64,000 bases of DNA from Candidatus Pacearchaeota archaeon. GTDB lineage: Archaea; Nanobdellota; Nanobdellia; Pacearchaeales; GW2011-AR1. The stretch spans positions 144 to 64,143 of the forward strand of contig JAGVWU010000001.1 in NCBI GenBank assembly GCA_018304145.1, read 5' to 3'. The position numbers and the translations under genes were made by a program. Within the stretch, counting starts at the first letter, position 1. Every line of letters starts with the position of its first letter. Shown piece by piece: positions 1 to 9,425 of this stretch. A model generated the notes under the pieces. It was given only the letters and a program-made list of their open reading frames with translations. It ran no database searches and had not been told where the DNA came from.

Positions 1-38
1 TTATTACATTTTAAAGAAAAGAATAAAGGAATAATAAA

Positions 39-602
39 ATGAATATAGAAGAAGAAAAAGCATATATGAAAGAATATAGAGAAAAAAACAAAGACAGGAT
101 AAAAATACAAAATAATGCTTATATGAAATTATATAATCAAAAGAATAAGGAAATAATAAAGATAAGGAAGAAAAAATATCGTGAAAAGAATAGAGAAAGA
201 ACAAAGATAAGTAACAAAAGGTATTATGAAAAGAATAAAGATAGAATAAATCAAAGAAATAGAGAATATTGGAATAAGAATAAAGACAGGTTTCATATAA
301 AAAGTAAAGAATATCGTGAGAGGAACAAACATATTTTATCTTTAAAAAGCAAAAGAAATCGTGAAAAACTTATGCAAGATTTTCTTTCATATAAAAAAGA
401 TAAATGTTGTACTTTCTGTGGTTATAAGGAGTATCCTGAAATATTGCAGTTTCACCATAAAAATACTAAAGATAAATCTTTTGATATTTCAACCTTTAGA
501 AAAAAGAAATTAGCTTTATTAAAAACTGAAATGGATAAATGTATCTTATTATGCTCAAATTGTCATAGTTGGTTGCATTTTAATGAAAAGACAAATTTAT
601 AA
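39..602 (+). CDS. HNH endonuclease-like protein with N-terminal basic helical repeats
   Basis: C-terminal CTFCG...LQFHH...CILLCSNCH Zn/HNH signature; N-terminus made of ~15-aa YxExNK repeats. Confidence 0.75.
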   Translation: MNIEEEKAYMKEYREKNKDRIKIQNNAYMKLYNQKNKEIIKIRKKKYREKNRERTKISNKRYYEKNKDRINQRNREYWNKNKDRFHIKSKEYRERNKHILSLKSKRNREKLMQDFLSYKKDKCCTFCGYKEYPEILQFHHKNTKDKSFDISTFRKKKLALLKTEMDKCILLCSNCHSWLHFNEKTNL

Positions 603-624
603 AATATATATTCTTTAGATTCGT

Positions 625-747
625 ATGGAAAAAGAGGTTAGAATGATAAAGAATAAAAACAAAGAGAAAATCCCACCCTATCCTTTTTGGAAGAAATTAT
701 TATGGTTTATTTTAGGTTTTATAATTGCTATGATGATTTTTTCCTGA
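625..747 (+). CDS. small (40 aa) membrane protein
   Basis: Read by hand: MEKEVRMIKNKNKEKIPPYPFWKKLLWFILGFIIAMMIFS; basic N-terminus, hydrophobic C-terminus; below the ORF-track cutoff. Confidence 0.5.
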   Translation: MEKEVRMIKNKNKEKIPPYPFWKKLLWFILGFIIAMMIFS

Positions 748-888
748 ATTATTCAACTCAACTTCAATTTGCATTATTTCTGAATTCAACAAAATCAATT
801 TTGCAAATTCTATTTTAGTCATCCAATAATTTCCTAATTCCCCATCATATCCTAATATTTATATAGTAAATCATCTTGTCAATTAAAA

Positions 889-2400
889 ATGGGGAAGAAG
901 ATATTTATATTTGCTATTGCTGTTCTGTTCTTGCTGACTCTGTTAATAAATATAAACAGCATAATATCTCAAACAAATCAAGATAATGACAATATTGAAA
1001 TCATTAAAATAATTGATATTTCTCCTCATACTCCTCCAATACTTATTCCAGTTGATTTTTCAATAGTCTTGGATAAATTTTATAATAATTTAACTTATCT
1101 ATGGGATTTTGGAGATGGAAGCTCACGGGCTATTACAGAAACCGGGGTCTTAATCCATACTTATCAAAGAAAAGGAGTTTATGAACTAAAAATAATAGTT
1201 TATAATTTAACAAACGAAGCAAATAAAACTGTGCAGATAAATGCAATTGCTCCTGGAGATTATATTAGTTCTATAATAGCCCTGTATAAAGAAGATTTAA
1301 ATAAACTTGATAGCCAAATAAATTCCCTTCCAGAATGGATAAAAGAGGAGGCTAAAAAAAATATAAGCATTAGTGATTTAAATTCAAGCATAATTGCCCA
1401 GGAAGAAAGATACAAAAATGCAACTTCTGATGATGAATATACAGACATAACAAAAAAATTATTGGAGATTGAAATTCCTTTTGGCTTTTTAGTAAGCGAA
1501 GAAATCAAGCCAACAGAGTGTTTTTTAAATGAAAACCAATTGGATTTGGAAGCCTTAAAAGAGATGGGTGCTGGAAATATTTCTGGCACAAGAGAAGATT
1601 ATTTTAAAGCAATTGAATTATGGGCTGTTGAAAATATCTATGTTTTATTTGAATCTAAAACTTATTCATATTATTACAGAGATAAGAACATAGAACCCTT
1701 ATTTTCTTATATGAAAATTAATTTTGAGCCTATAAAAAAAATTGATAAAATGTATTTGGTAATAAATGGAGATTCTGGAAAAATAATATTAAAAAACAGC
1801 ACTGAAATCAAGAAAAATCTTGGAAATGCAGCAGGAATAGTGATGAACAATTTGGACAGAGAGAAAAGTATAGAAATTTTATATCCTAAAAAAGTAAATG
1901 CCTTAAATTGCCATTTTTATTTTTCTCCAGATTTTAAAAAATTGGAAAAAAATGAAACTATCCTAGTTTGTGATAATGATGGTGTTTGTGACAGATGGGA
2001 AAACTATGTAAATTGCAGAAATGACTGCAAACCTTTCAAAATTACAATTACTTTGTTAATTATTCTTTTTGTATCTGCTTTTGCTGTTTATATTGCATTG
2101 CAAGAATGGTATAAGAAACGCTATGAATCTAAATTATTTTCAAATAAGAATGAACTATATAATATAATGAGTTTTATTAACAATTCATTAAAACAAGGTC
2201 TTAAAAAGTCAGATGTTTTTTACAAACTCAAGGAAATGAAATGGAATGGTGAACAATTAGGTTATGCATGGAACAAATTTCACGGAAAAAGAACTGGCAT
2301 GTTTGAAATTCCTGTATTTAAATGGTTTGAAAAAAGAAAAATTCAAAAAGAGCTTGAAAACAGGAACGGCAATCAGGTTTATAAGCGTAACAAATATTAA
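889..2400 (+). CDS. PKD-domain membrane-anchored surface protein
   Basis: Signal peptide, YLWDFGDG...HTY PKD motif, Cys motif CDNDGVC...NCRNDC, TM helix near the C-terminus. Confidence 0.75.
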   Translation: MGKKIFIFAIAVLFLLTLLININSIISQTNQDNDNIEIIKIIDISPHTPPILIPVDFSIVLDKFYNNLTYLWDFGDGSSRAITETGVLIHTYQRKGVYELKIIVYNLTNEANKTVQINAIAPGDYISSIIALYKEDLNKLDSQINSLPEWIKEEAKKNISISDLNSSIIAQEERYKNATSDDEYTDITKKLLEIEIPFGFLVSEEIKPTECFLNENQLDLEALKEMGAGNISGTREDYFKAIELWAVENIYVLFESKTYSYYYRDKNIEPLFSYMKINFEPIKKIDKMYLVINGDSGKIILKNSTEIKKNLGNAAGIVMNNLDREKSIEILYPKKVNALNCHFYFSPDFKKLEKNETILVCDNDGVCDRWENYVNCRNDCKPFKITITLLIILFVSAFAVYIALQEWYKKRYESKLFSNKNELYNIMSFINNSLKQGLKKSDVFYKLKEMKWNGEQLGYAWNKFHGKRTGMFEIPVFKWFEKRKIQKELENRNGNQVYKRNKY

Positions 2401-2466
2401 ACAGCATAAGATTAATAAATACAAGACTCAATTAAAAAGATAGCAAAATGCGGATGTGATTTAAAA

Positions 2467-3102
2467 ATGCAAATACTAAGAGATTTCACAAAGAGAATTT
2501 TTAGCATCTTTTTTAAAAGAAAAAAGAATATCTCTCTTGGATTTTATGGGCCTCCAAATGCAGGCAAGACTTCTATAACAAACAGGATTTGCAAAGACTG
2601 GACTGGTGAAGAAATAGGCAAGGTAAGCAATATACCTCATGAAACAAGAAATGTGCAATTTAGAGAGGAAGTTGAGATTAAGTACAAAGAAAAAACAATG
2701 AAATTCAAACTAATTGACACTCCTGGAATTGCAACAAAAATTGACTATGAAAATTTTATGAAGTTTAAAATGAAAAAAAAACAAGCTCAAAAAAGAGCAA
2801 GAGAAGCTACGCAGGGCATAATTGAAGCTATAAAGTGGCTGGATGATGTGGATGCTGTTGTTATTGTTCTTGATGCGACTGAAGACCCTTATTCACAGGT
2901 AAATATAACTTTAATAGGGAATTTGGTTTCCAGAAAAATTCCGGTTCTTATTATAGCAAATAAAATTGATTTAAAAAAAGCAAACATAAAAAACATAGGG
3001 GCTGCATTTCCAGACTATGAAGTTGTTGGAATATCTGCAAAATTCGGGACAAACATGGAAGAATTTTATGAGGCTGTTTTTAAACTGGCAAAAAAAGCCT
3101 AG
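2467..3102 (+). CDS. Era-like small GTPase (OapA-type)
   Basis: G1 GPPNAGKT, G3 DTPG, G4 NKID, G5 SAK; followed by DUF2073-like and Zn-ribbon genes as in the archaeal oap cluster. Confidence 0.85.
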   Translation: MQILRDFTKRIFSIFFKRKKNISLGFYGPPNAGKTSITNRICKDWTGEEIGKVSNIPHETRNVQFREEVEIKYKEKTMKFKLIDTPGIATKIDYENFMKFKMKKKQAQKRAREATQGIIEAIKWLDDVDAVVIVLDATEDPYSQVNITLIGNLVSRKIPVLIIANKIDLKKANIKNIGAAFPDYEVVGISAKFGTNMEEFYEAVFKLAKKA

Positions 3103-3163
3103 ATAAAGATTTAAATAGAAAAAATTCATTACTAAATATTGATTAAAAAAGAGGGAAAAAATA

Positions 3164-3553
3164 ATGAAGAAAACAAGCATAAAAGGGCTTACATTGCATT
3201 TCATGCCCTATAGCGAAATAGCAAAACTTGACACAGTTGAAAGAATAAAAAAATTATTAAAAATAATTCTTGACAATAAGGTTATTGTTTTGCAAGGCAA
3301 ACTGAAGCCTGAAGAAGAAACAAGATTAATTGAAGATACTATGATTATGATTGGGAATATAAAAGGATTCAAAGGTGTTGAGCTTGCTGTCATCTCCCCT
3401 GATTCTGAAAATGCTGGCTTTTTTGATAAAATGAAATTTGGTCTGGCAAAAGCCCTGGTTGGGCAACAGGCAGCCATAACAGTTATAGGTCCTGCAACAG
3501 TTGTTAAAGAAATGAAAAGGGACCCTAGAAAATTAGAAGTGATGATGAGATAG
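3164..3553 (+). CDS. DUF2073-like protein (OapB-type)
   Basis: LxPEEExxLIE, GFKGVE and ITVIGPA motifs; synteny with the GTPase. Confidence 0.8.
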   Translation: MKKTSIKGLTLHFMPYSEIAKLDTVERIKKLLKIILDNKVIVLQGKLKPEEETRLIEDTMIMIGNIKGFKGVELAVISPDSENAGFFDKMKFGLAKALVGQQAAITVIGPATVVKEMKRDPRKLEVMMR

Positions 3554-3563
3554 TCCCGTTTCA

Positions 3564-3591
3564 CTGTAAAATCTTTTGAATGATTTTACAG
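3564..3591. repeat. hairpin repeat CTGTAAAATC-TTTTGAAT-GATTTTACAG
   Basis: Perfect 10-bp stem; loop shared with copies at 10913 and 13475. Confidence 0.8.
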
Positions 3592-3719
3592 ATACAGAAA
3601 ATTGGAAGTAATGATAAAGTAACTGAAATATTTACTATAAATTAAAGATGTTCTAAGTTGCATAATAATTTATATATACTCACTTTTTCTGAAGATTGTA
3701 TAAATACTAAAATCTAAAT

Positions 3720-4091
3720 ATGCCTCATAAATGCACACAATGCGGAAAATTGTATCCTGACGCAGCTTCAGAATTATTGAAAGGCTGTGAATGCGGGAGC
3801 AAATTTTTCTATTATATCAGAGAGGAAAAATTCCATGAACTTCAGGACATAGTTACTGAACTTAAGGATATAGACAAGATACAGATTGAAAAAGATATAA
3901 GAGAGGTAACTGAACAAAAACCTGATGAACCTGTTATTCTGGATTTGGAATCTGTAAAAATAATAGAACCTGGAAAATTTGAGATTGATATTTTGAATTT
4001 ATTCTCAAAAAAAAGAGTTCTTGTCTATGAATTAGAGGAAGGAAAATATATAATAGATTTGGCTTCGTCTCTTAAGAAAGATAAAAGATGA
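3720..4091 (+). CDS. Zn-ribbon protein (DUF2072/OapC-type)
   Basis: MPHKCTQCG...LKGCECGSKFF, ESVKIIEPGKFEID, EEGKYII. Confidence 0.85.
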   Translation: MPHKCTQCGKLYPDAASELLKGCECGSKFFYYIREEKFHELQDIVTELKDIDKIQIEKDIREVTEQKPDEPVILDLESVKIIEPGKFEIDILNLFSKKRVLVYELEEGKYIIDLASSLKKDKR

Positions 4092-4389
4092 TTTTTAATT
4101 ATTAGTTAATATCATGTGTGATAGGAAGAGTAAAGTCGGGTTTTTTAATCACATAACTCTTGCTTTTCTCACTCCACATTAATTTAATAATATTATATCA
4201 ACGGAAATAAATTTTTGGAAAATTTTTTCTTTGATAGATAGGATAAGAAAGAGTAAATTATCCGAAAATTAATTTCTTATCCTATAATTATATGAACAAC
4301 GTTTTTATTAATAAAAAAATATATTTTTCACAAGTAAAGTAAAAAGGTTTAAATACTAATTTTCTTAAGAAATAGTACAAGAGGCAAAA

Positions 4390-4716
4390 ATGGTTATTCA
4401 CATCAATGAAGATAATTTTGAGGAAGAAGTGAAAAAATCCGAAATACCGGTTATAATTGATTTTTGGGCTCCTTGGTGCGGGCCATGCCAGATGATGTCC
4501 AGTGTTTTTGAATCATTATCAAAAGAATATAAAAATAAAATTAAATTTGTAAAGATAAACACTGATGAAAATCAGGAACTTGCTCAAAAATTTGAAATTC
4601 GGGGAATACCCTGCCTGATAATAGTTAAGAGCTCTAAAGAGATTGATAGATTAGTTGGATTTTTATCTGAAAGTCAATTGAAACAAAAGATTGAGGATAT
4701 TTTAGAGAGGATTTAA
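4390..4716 (+). CDS. trxA: thioredoxin
   Basis: WCGPC active site, 108 aa. Confidence 0.95.
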   Translation: MVIHINEDNFEEEVKKSEIPVIIDFWAPWCGPCQMMSSVFESLSKEYKNKIKFVKINTDENQELAQKFEIRGIPCLIIVKSSKEIDRLVGFLSESQLKQKIEDILERI

Positions 4717-4850
4717 GATTTTGTTAATATACAAATTTAAATGAATATGACTTCGGTTTTTCAATTAAATATTTTTCATTGCTCAATTATTGCTTCACAC
4801 AATTTATCCTGCATAAACATTAATGATAATTATTTATATCCCAATTGGGT

Positions 4851-5270
4851 TTAAGTAGATGTTAAAACTGCTTGTTCAAGGGGCAAATGTAATCTTTTTG
4901 CAAGATCTAAAAGGTTATCCTGTCCTTCAGATAATAAAGTTACAATAATTTCTGGCATTTCAGTTGCTACTTTAATTTCAGGTCGTTTTGATTTTATTCT
5001 GCCAAAAAATTCTCTTCGTTTAGAATAGGTTATGATAATACCCCTAAATAAAAAAGATTTTTCATCGTAAAATTTATTTTGACAATTTATACCATAGAAA
5101 CCAGTATTTCCAAGAGGCAAACCCCGAGCTTCTCCAACAAGTCTTGGATATTCTAATTTATCTTTATCTTCCACCCTTATTCCTTCCCACTCCCTTCCTC
5201 CAAAATACCATTGTTCAACAAACCCTCTTATTGGATGAGCAGGTGCGACATCAGAGCTTATTTCTCTCAT
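4851..5270 (-). CDS. hypothetical protein
   Basis: Open frame filling the trxA-trxB gap; ATG at 5270. Confidence 0.6.
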   Translation of the reverse strand: MREISSDVAPAHPIRGFVEQWYFGGREWEGIRVEDKDKLEYPRLVGEARGLPLGNTGFYGINCQNKFYDEKSFLFRGIIITYSKRREFFGRIKSKRPEIKVATEMPEIIVTLLSEGQDNLLDLAKRLHLPLEQAVLTST

Positions 5271-5361
5271 TAATATACCTAACAAATATTATTTTTAAAC
5301 ATTATTGTGGTGTATTATTTTTAAAAATCAAATTTATATACTCTTCATTACATTATCTATT

Positions 5362-6267
5362 ATGGAAAAATATGATTTAATTATAATAGGGGCGGGCCCT
5401 GCAGGGCTTAGTGCTGCTGTTTATGCAGCAAGATACAAGCTTAAGACCCTCATTCTTTCAAAAAGCATGGGTGGGATGGCTGCTGTTGCTCACAAGGTCT
5501 GCAATTTTCCATCTTACACAGAAATAAAGGGCTTTGATTTAATGCAGAAATTCTTAAAACAAGTTGAAGAATTGAAGGTTCCAATAATCTATGATGAAAC
5601 TGTAAAAATTGAAAGAACAAAAAATGAGTTTTTAGTTATAACTAAAAATAAAAAATATAATTGCAAAAAAATTATTTTTGCAGGAGGTTGCGAGAGAATA
5701 AGGCTTAAAGTTAATGGAGAAGGAAAGTTTTTAGGAAAAGGAGTGAGTTATTGTGCAACTTGTGATGCTGCTTTTTTTAGAAATAAAATAGTATGTGTTG
5801 TTGGTGGAAGCGATGCTGCACTTACTGCTGCATTATTGTTGTCTGAATATGCCTCAAAAGTTTATATTATCTATAGAAAAGAAAATTTTTTCAGGTCAGA
5901 GCCTGCCTGGATTGAATTAGTTGAAAAAGAAAAGAAAATAGAGACAATATTCAATGAAGAAGTTGCTGAAATAATCGGTAAAAACAGTGTTGAGGAAATC
6001 AGGTTAAAATCAGGAAAATTATTAAAAACTAACGGAGTTTTTATTGAAATTGGCTCTGTTCCAGAAACAAAATCATTAGATTCCTTAAAGGTTAAAAAAA
6101 CAGATGCAGGATATATTATAACAGACAAGAATCAAAAGACAAATATAGCAGGATTATATGCTGCTGGAGATGTTATTGACAGCCAATTAAAACAGATTGT
6201 TACTGCGGCTTCACAGGGTGCTGTTGCAGCTTATTCTGTTTATCAGGAATTAAAGAGAGAGGAATGA
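5362..6267 (+). CDS. trxB: thioredoxin reductase
   Basis: GAGPAG, CATCD redox motif, GGSDAA, GLYAAGD; ATG at 5362. Confidence 0.93.
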   Translation: MEKYDLIIIGAGPAGLSAAVYAARYKLKTLILSKSMGGMAAVAHKVCNFPSYTEIKGFDLMQKFLKQVEELKVPIIYDETVKIERTKNEFLVITKNKKYNCKKIIFAGGCERIRLKVNGEGKFLGKGVSYCATCDAAFFRNKIVCVVGGSDAALTAALLLSEYASKVYIIYRKENFFRSEPAWIELVEKEKKIETIFNEEVAEIIGKNSVEEIRLKSGKLLKTNGVFIEIGSVPETKSLDSLKVKKTDAGYIITDKNQKTNIAGLYAAGDVIDSQLKQIVTAASQGAVAAYSVYQELKREE

Positions 6268-6550
6268 TAATTAGAAATTAATTAGCTTTCTGAAAATATT
6301 TATTAAAAATAACCAAACTTTGTTAAGGTTATTTTTCCTACAAATTTTATTAATTTTACAATCCAGAATTTATAAAATCTGCAATCAAAGCAAAACTTCT
6401 CTTACAAAACTTATTGAACTTAGAATATTAACTATAGCTCTTAGAAATTTAGACTTGCTGAAAGCTGGTTAAATTTTAATTATTTTGCTTCAAAAACTTA
6501 AATTATATATCCTTAGTATAATTTAAATAATCCTCTTATTTATTTTTCAT

Positions 6551-7843
6551 ATGAAAAAAGAGATTAATTCTATTCTGAAAAAAGAGATTGAAAATATAAA
6601 ATTAGATAAAAAGACTTTTGATGAGATAAACAGAGTGTGCAGGGAATTTATTTATGTTCTAAAGAATCAATTAAAAAAGAAGAAAATAAAAGCAGAGGTT
6701 TTTCTCGGAGGAAGTTTGGCTAAAAACACTATAATTAAAAAAACTGAAAAAGACAAATATGATATAGATATATTTGTCAGATTTGATAAAAAGAGCTCTT
6801 TAAAAAAGACCTTGGAGAAAGATAATTTATCTGAAATCCTTGAAAAACTCCTTGATAAAAATGCTGTAAAAGTTCATGGTTCAAGAGATTATTATCAATT
6901 TCTTAAAAAAAATATAAGAATAGAAGTAATCCCTGTAAAGAAGATTAAAAATCCTGCGGCTGCTGAAAATGTTACTGATTTAAGCTATTTTCATGTTAAT
7001 TATGTTGTAAATAAGACAAAAAAAAATAGAAAATTAAGCAATGAAATAATGCTAGCAAAGGCATTTACATATGCGCAAAATTCTTATGGAGCAGAGAGTT
7101 ATATTCATGGATTTTCTGGCTATGCTCTTGAACTTTTGATATGCCATTACAAGAGTTTTTTAAAATTTATAGAAGCGGTTGCAAAATCTCAGGAAAGAAT
7201 TATTATAGATGATTCTAAATTTTATAAGAAAAAAGAAGAATTATTGATGGAAATGAATGAATCTAAGATTATTTCTCCTATAATTTTGATTGACCCTACA
7301 TTCAAAGAAAGAAATGCCCTTGCCGGGCTTTCAAAAGAAACTTTTGAAAAATTTAAAAAATCCTGCAAGGATTTTTTAGCAAATCCTTCTTCGTATTTTT
7401 TTACTAAAAAGAATATTTATGATGAATTAAAAAACAATAAAAATCTTAAAATAATTTCAGTAAAAACAAGCAAGCAAAAAGGCGATATTGCTGGAACAAA
7501 ATCAAAAAAATTCTTTGATTTTTTTGTTTATAATATTAAAAAGGAATTTGTTGTTAAAAATGGAGAGTTTGAATATGATGATGAAAAAAATATTGCTTAT
7601 TTTTATTTGATAGTTGATAAGAAAAATGAAGAGGTAATCAAAGGACCTCCGATTAATATTGTTGAACACCTCACAGGATTTAAAAAAGCACATCCTAATG
7701 TTTTTATTAAAGATGGAATTAGCTATGCAAAAATTGCCCATAATCTTTCATTCGAAGAGTTTTTAAAGAGGTTTTTAGAAAAAGACAAAAAGATTATAAA
7801 GGAGATGGGTGTTAGGGAAGTGAAGATTATTGATAAGAAATAA
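6551..7843 (+). CDS. cca: CCA-adding enzyme (class I tRNA nucleotidyltransferase)
   Basis: GGSLAKNT...DIDIF NTase motif, GFSGYALELL, IDPT..RN. Confidence 0.88.
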   Translation: MKKEINSILKKEIENIKLDKKTFDEINRVCREFIYVLKNQLKKKKIKAEVFLGGSLAKNTIIKKTEKDKYDIDIFVRFDKKSSLKKTLEKDNLSEILEKLLDKNAVKVHGSRDYYQFLKKNIRIEVIPVKKIKNPAAAENVTDLSYFHVNYVVNKTKKNRKLSNEIMLAKAFTYAQNSYGAESYIHGFSGYALELLICHYKSFLKFIEAVAKSQERIIIDDSKFYKKKEELLMEMNESKIISPIILIDPTFKERNALAGLSKETFEKFKKSCKDFLANPSSYFFTKKNIYDELKNNKNLKIISVKTSKQKGDIAGTKSKKFFDFFVYNIKKEFVVKNGEFEYDDEKNIAYFYLIVDKKNEEVIKGPPINIVEHLTGFKKAHPNVFIKDGISYAKIAHNLSFEEFLKRFLEKDKKIIKEMGVREVKIIDKK

Positions 7844-8024
7844 TAAATATTCCAATAATTATTAGATTAAAACTTTTGATAGTTCTTTTTTCATTTCTAA
7901 TCAAACATTCCTTTAATATTATTTCTGCTTCATCAAAATTACATCCACAGATATAATAAATCATCTCTTCAACTCTTTGTGTAAATTTTTCTTTATCCAT
8001 CTTTTTTATTTTATCTATTATCAA
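7827..8024 (-). CDS. small hypothetical protein
   Basis: Short ORF downstream of the TrmB operon; start uncertain. Confidence 0.35.
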   Translation of the reverse strand: MIIDKIKKMDKEKFTQRVEEMIYYICGCNFDEAEIILKECLIRNEKRTIKSFNLIIIGIFIISYQ

Positions 8025-8059
8025 AAATTATTAATCTTTTAATGGTTTTGGTTGTAAAG

Positions 8060-8296
8060 TTAATCTCTTCTGGATATTCCTACTAAGGTTCCATTATTAT
8101 AGATTGCTAACACAGGTTTTCCTACTAACTCTTGAGGTGTAGAAGTTTCATAAACAGATAATAAATCTTTTATTTCAGGAGGATTTAAAAAAGCAACATT
8201 ATGATGGCTTCTTGGACCATAAACATGCACTCGACTAATTGTTCTTTCTACTACTCTTTTAATTTTAGTTGCTAAACATTCTTGTTCTGAGCCCAT
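8060..8296 (-). CDS. hypothetical protein
   Basis: ORF following the TrmB gene; likely ATG at 8296 (MGSEQEC). Confidence 0.55.
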   Translation of the reverse strand: MGSEQECLATKIKRVVERTISRVHVYGPRSHHNVAFLNPPEIKDLLSVYETSTPQELVGKPVLAIYNNGTLVGISRRD

Positions 8297-8327
8297 TCCA
8301 ATTATTTGATTTAATCTATATTTTATC

Positions 8328-9113
8328 TTATTTCTCGTCCCCAACAGCCTGTTCAAACATATATGACAATGATGAAGCAAAGAAGGGTGTGTTAAGCCAG
8401 ACAGCCATTTCTTCTGTTGGAGAATCTCCTTTTGAAATTATGAACAATATCTGGTCGTTGTCTGCTATAAAGAATTTAGCCTCCATCTTAATAGATTTTG
8501 CCTTGATTTTAAATTTATTGCCTATTTTCTTGACTTCTTTTTCATCTCCTGATAATGCAACTTTTATTTTCACATTTGAATGCTTTAATTTTTCAAAAAT
8601 AGAATAGAAAAATCTTGATTTTGCCTGAATTTCGTTTGCAGAAGAACAAATAATTACCTCTTTTTTTGCGCCTTCCAAAAGCTCCTTTATGTGATTATAA
8701 ATAGAGGATTTCCCTTTTATAGAACCTGAAATGTCTTCATGCTTCACGGGCTTTATCCCAACTGTATAAAGTTTTTCCAGTTCAGAATATTCCGGAGTGT
8801 CCCTTATTTTTGTGATTGTCTTTATTTTTTCATCAGCATTTCTAATAGCATTGGATTTTAATTTTTCAATTATTACATTTGGCTTTACTGCAATATACTT
8901 TACAGGTTTTCCAAGCTTCATAATTGCAAAACCTTGTTTTTCCAAACTTTCAAGAACATCATAAGTTCTGCTTCTTGGAACTCCTGAAATTTCTGCTATC
9001 TCTCCTGCGCTTGCAACACCCCTTCCAATCAAAGCAAGCCAGACTTTTGTTTCATAAATATTAAGATTAAAATGTTCCTTAATTTGTTTTATAAGTTCCT
9101 GTTTAATTATCAT
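8328..9113 (-). CDS. TrmB-family transcriptional regulator
   Basis: LNIYETKVWLAL...SGVPRSRTYDVLESLEKQGF wHTH plus C-terminal effector-binding domain. Confidence 0.9.
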   Translation of the reverse strand: MIIKQELIKQIKEHFNLNIYETKVWLALIGRGVASAGEIAEISGVPRSRTYDVLESLEKQGFAIMKLGKPVKYIAVKPNVIIEKLKSNAIRNADEKIKTITKIRDTPEYSELEKLYTVGIKPVKHEDISGSIKGKSSIYNHIKELLEGAKKEVIICSSANEIQAKSRFFYSIFEKLKHSNVKIKVALSGDEKEVKKIGNKFKIKAKSIKMEAKFFIADNDQILFIISKGDSPTEEMAVWLNTPFFASSLSYMFEQAVGDEK

Positions 9114-9114
9114 T

Positions 9115-9318
9115 TTATAATATTCTTTCCTCTAATTGAGGATTGTAAAGTGTTGATTGCAAAACTGGATGTCTAATTTTTTCAGCTGGCTGATTTAAAA
9201 ATTCTACTGTTTCTTCAGGAGTCATTGGTTTTGCAGATTCAGAAAATTTAAATCCTATTTCTCCCGAATAGGTTGTATTTAGTTGAGCTCTTGAATTATC
9301 CTTAACATCGGTTGTCAT
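9115..9318 (-). CDS. small hypothetical protein
   Basis: 67 aa ORF abutting the TrmB start, with a TATA-like element upstream. Confidence 0.6.
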   Translation of the reverse strand: MTTDVKDNSRAQLNTTYSGEIGFKFSESAKPMTPEETVEFLNQPAEKIRHPVLQSTLYNPQLEERIL

Positions 9319-9425
9319 ATCTTTTTTTATACAAAAAGGGGTTTATAAATCTTATTGTAATGTTATTACTATATAATTAAAACAAAATCATAAAGTTTAT
9401 AAATAAGATTCATTGATTTTAGTTT

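Noticed and set aside
2467-4389. Replication origin next to the oap-type cluster
   Set aside because: No ORB-like repeats with G-strings and no cdc6/orc1 gene visible
4630-4642. AGCTCTAAAGAGA in trxA as another copy of the 27-bp insert
   Set aside because: Only a short match, and the thioredoxin has normal length
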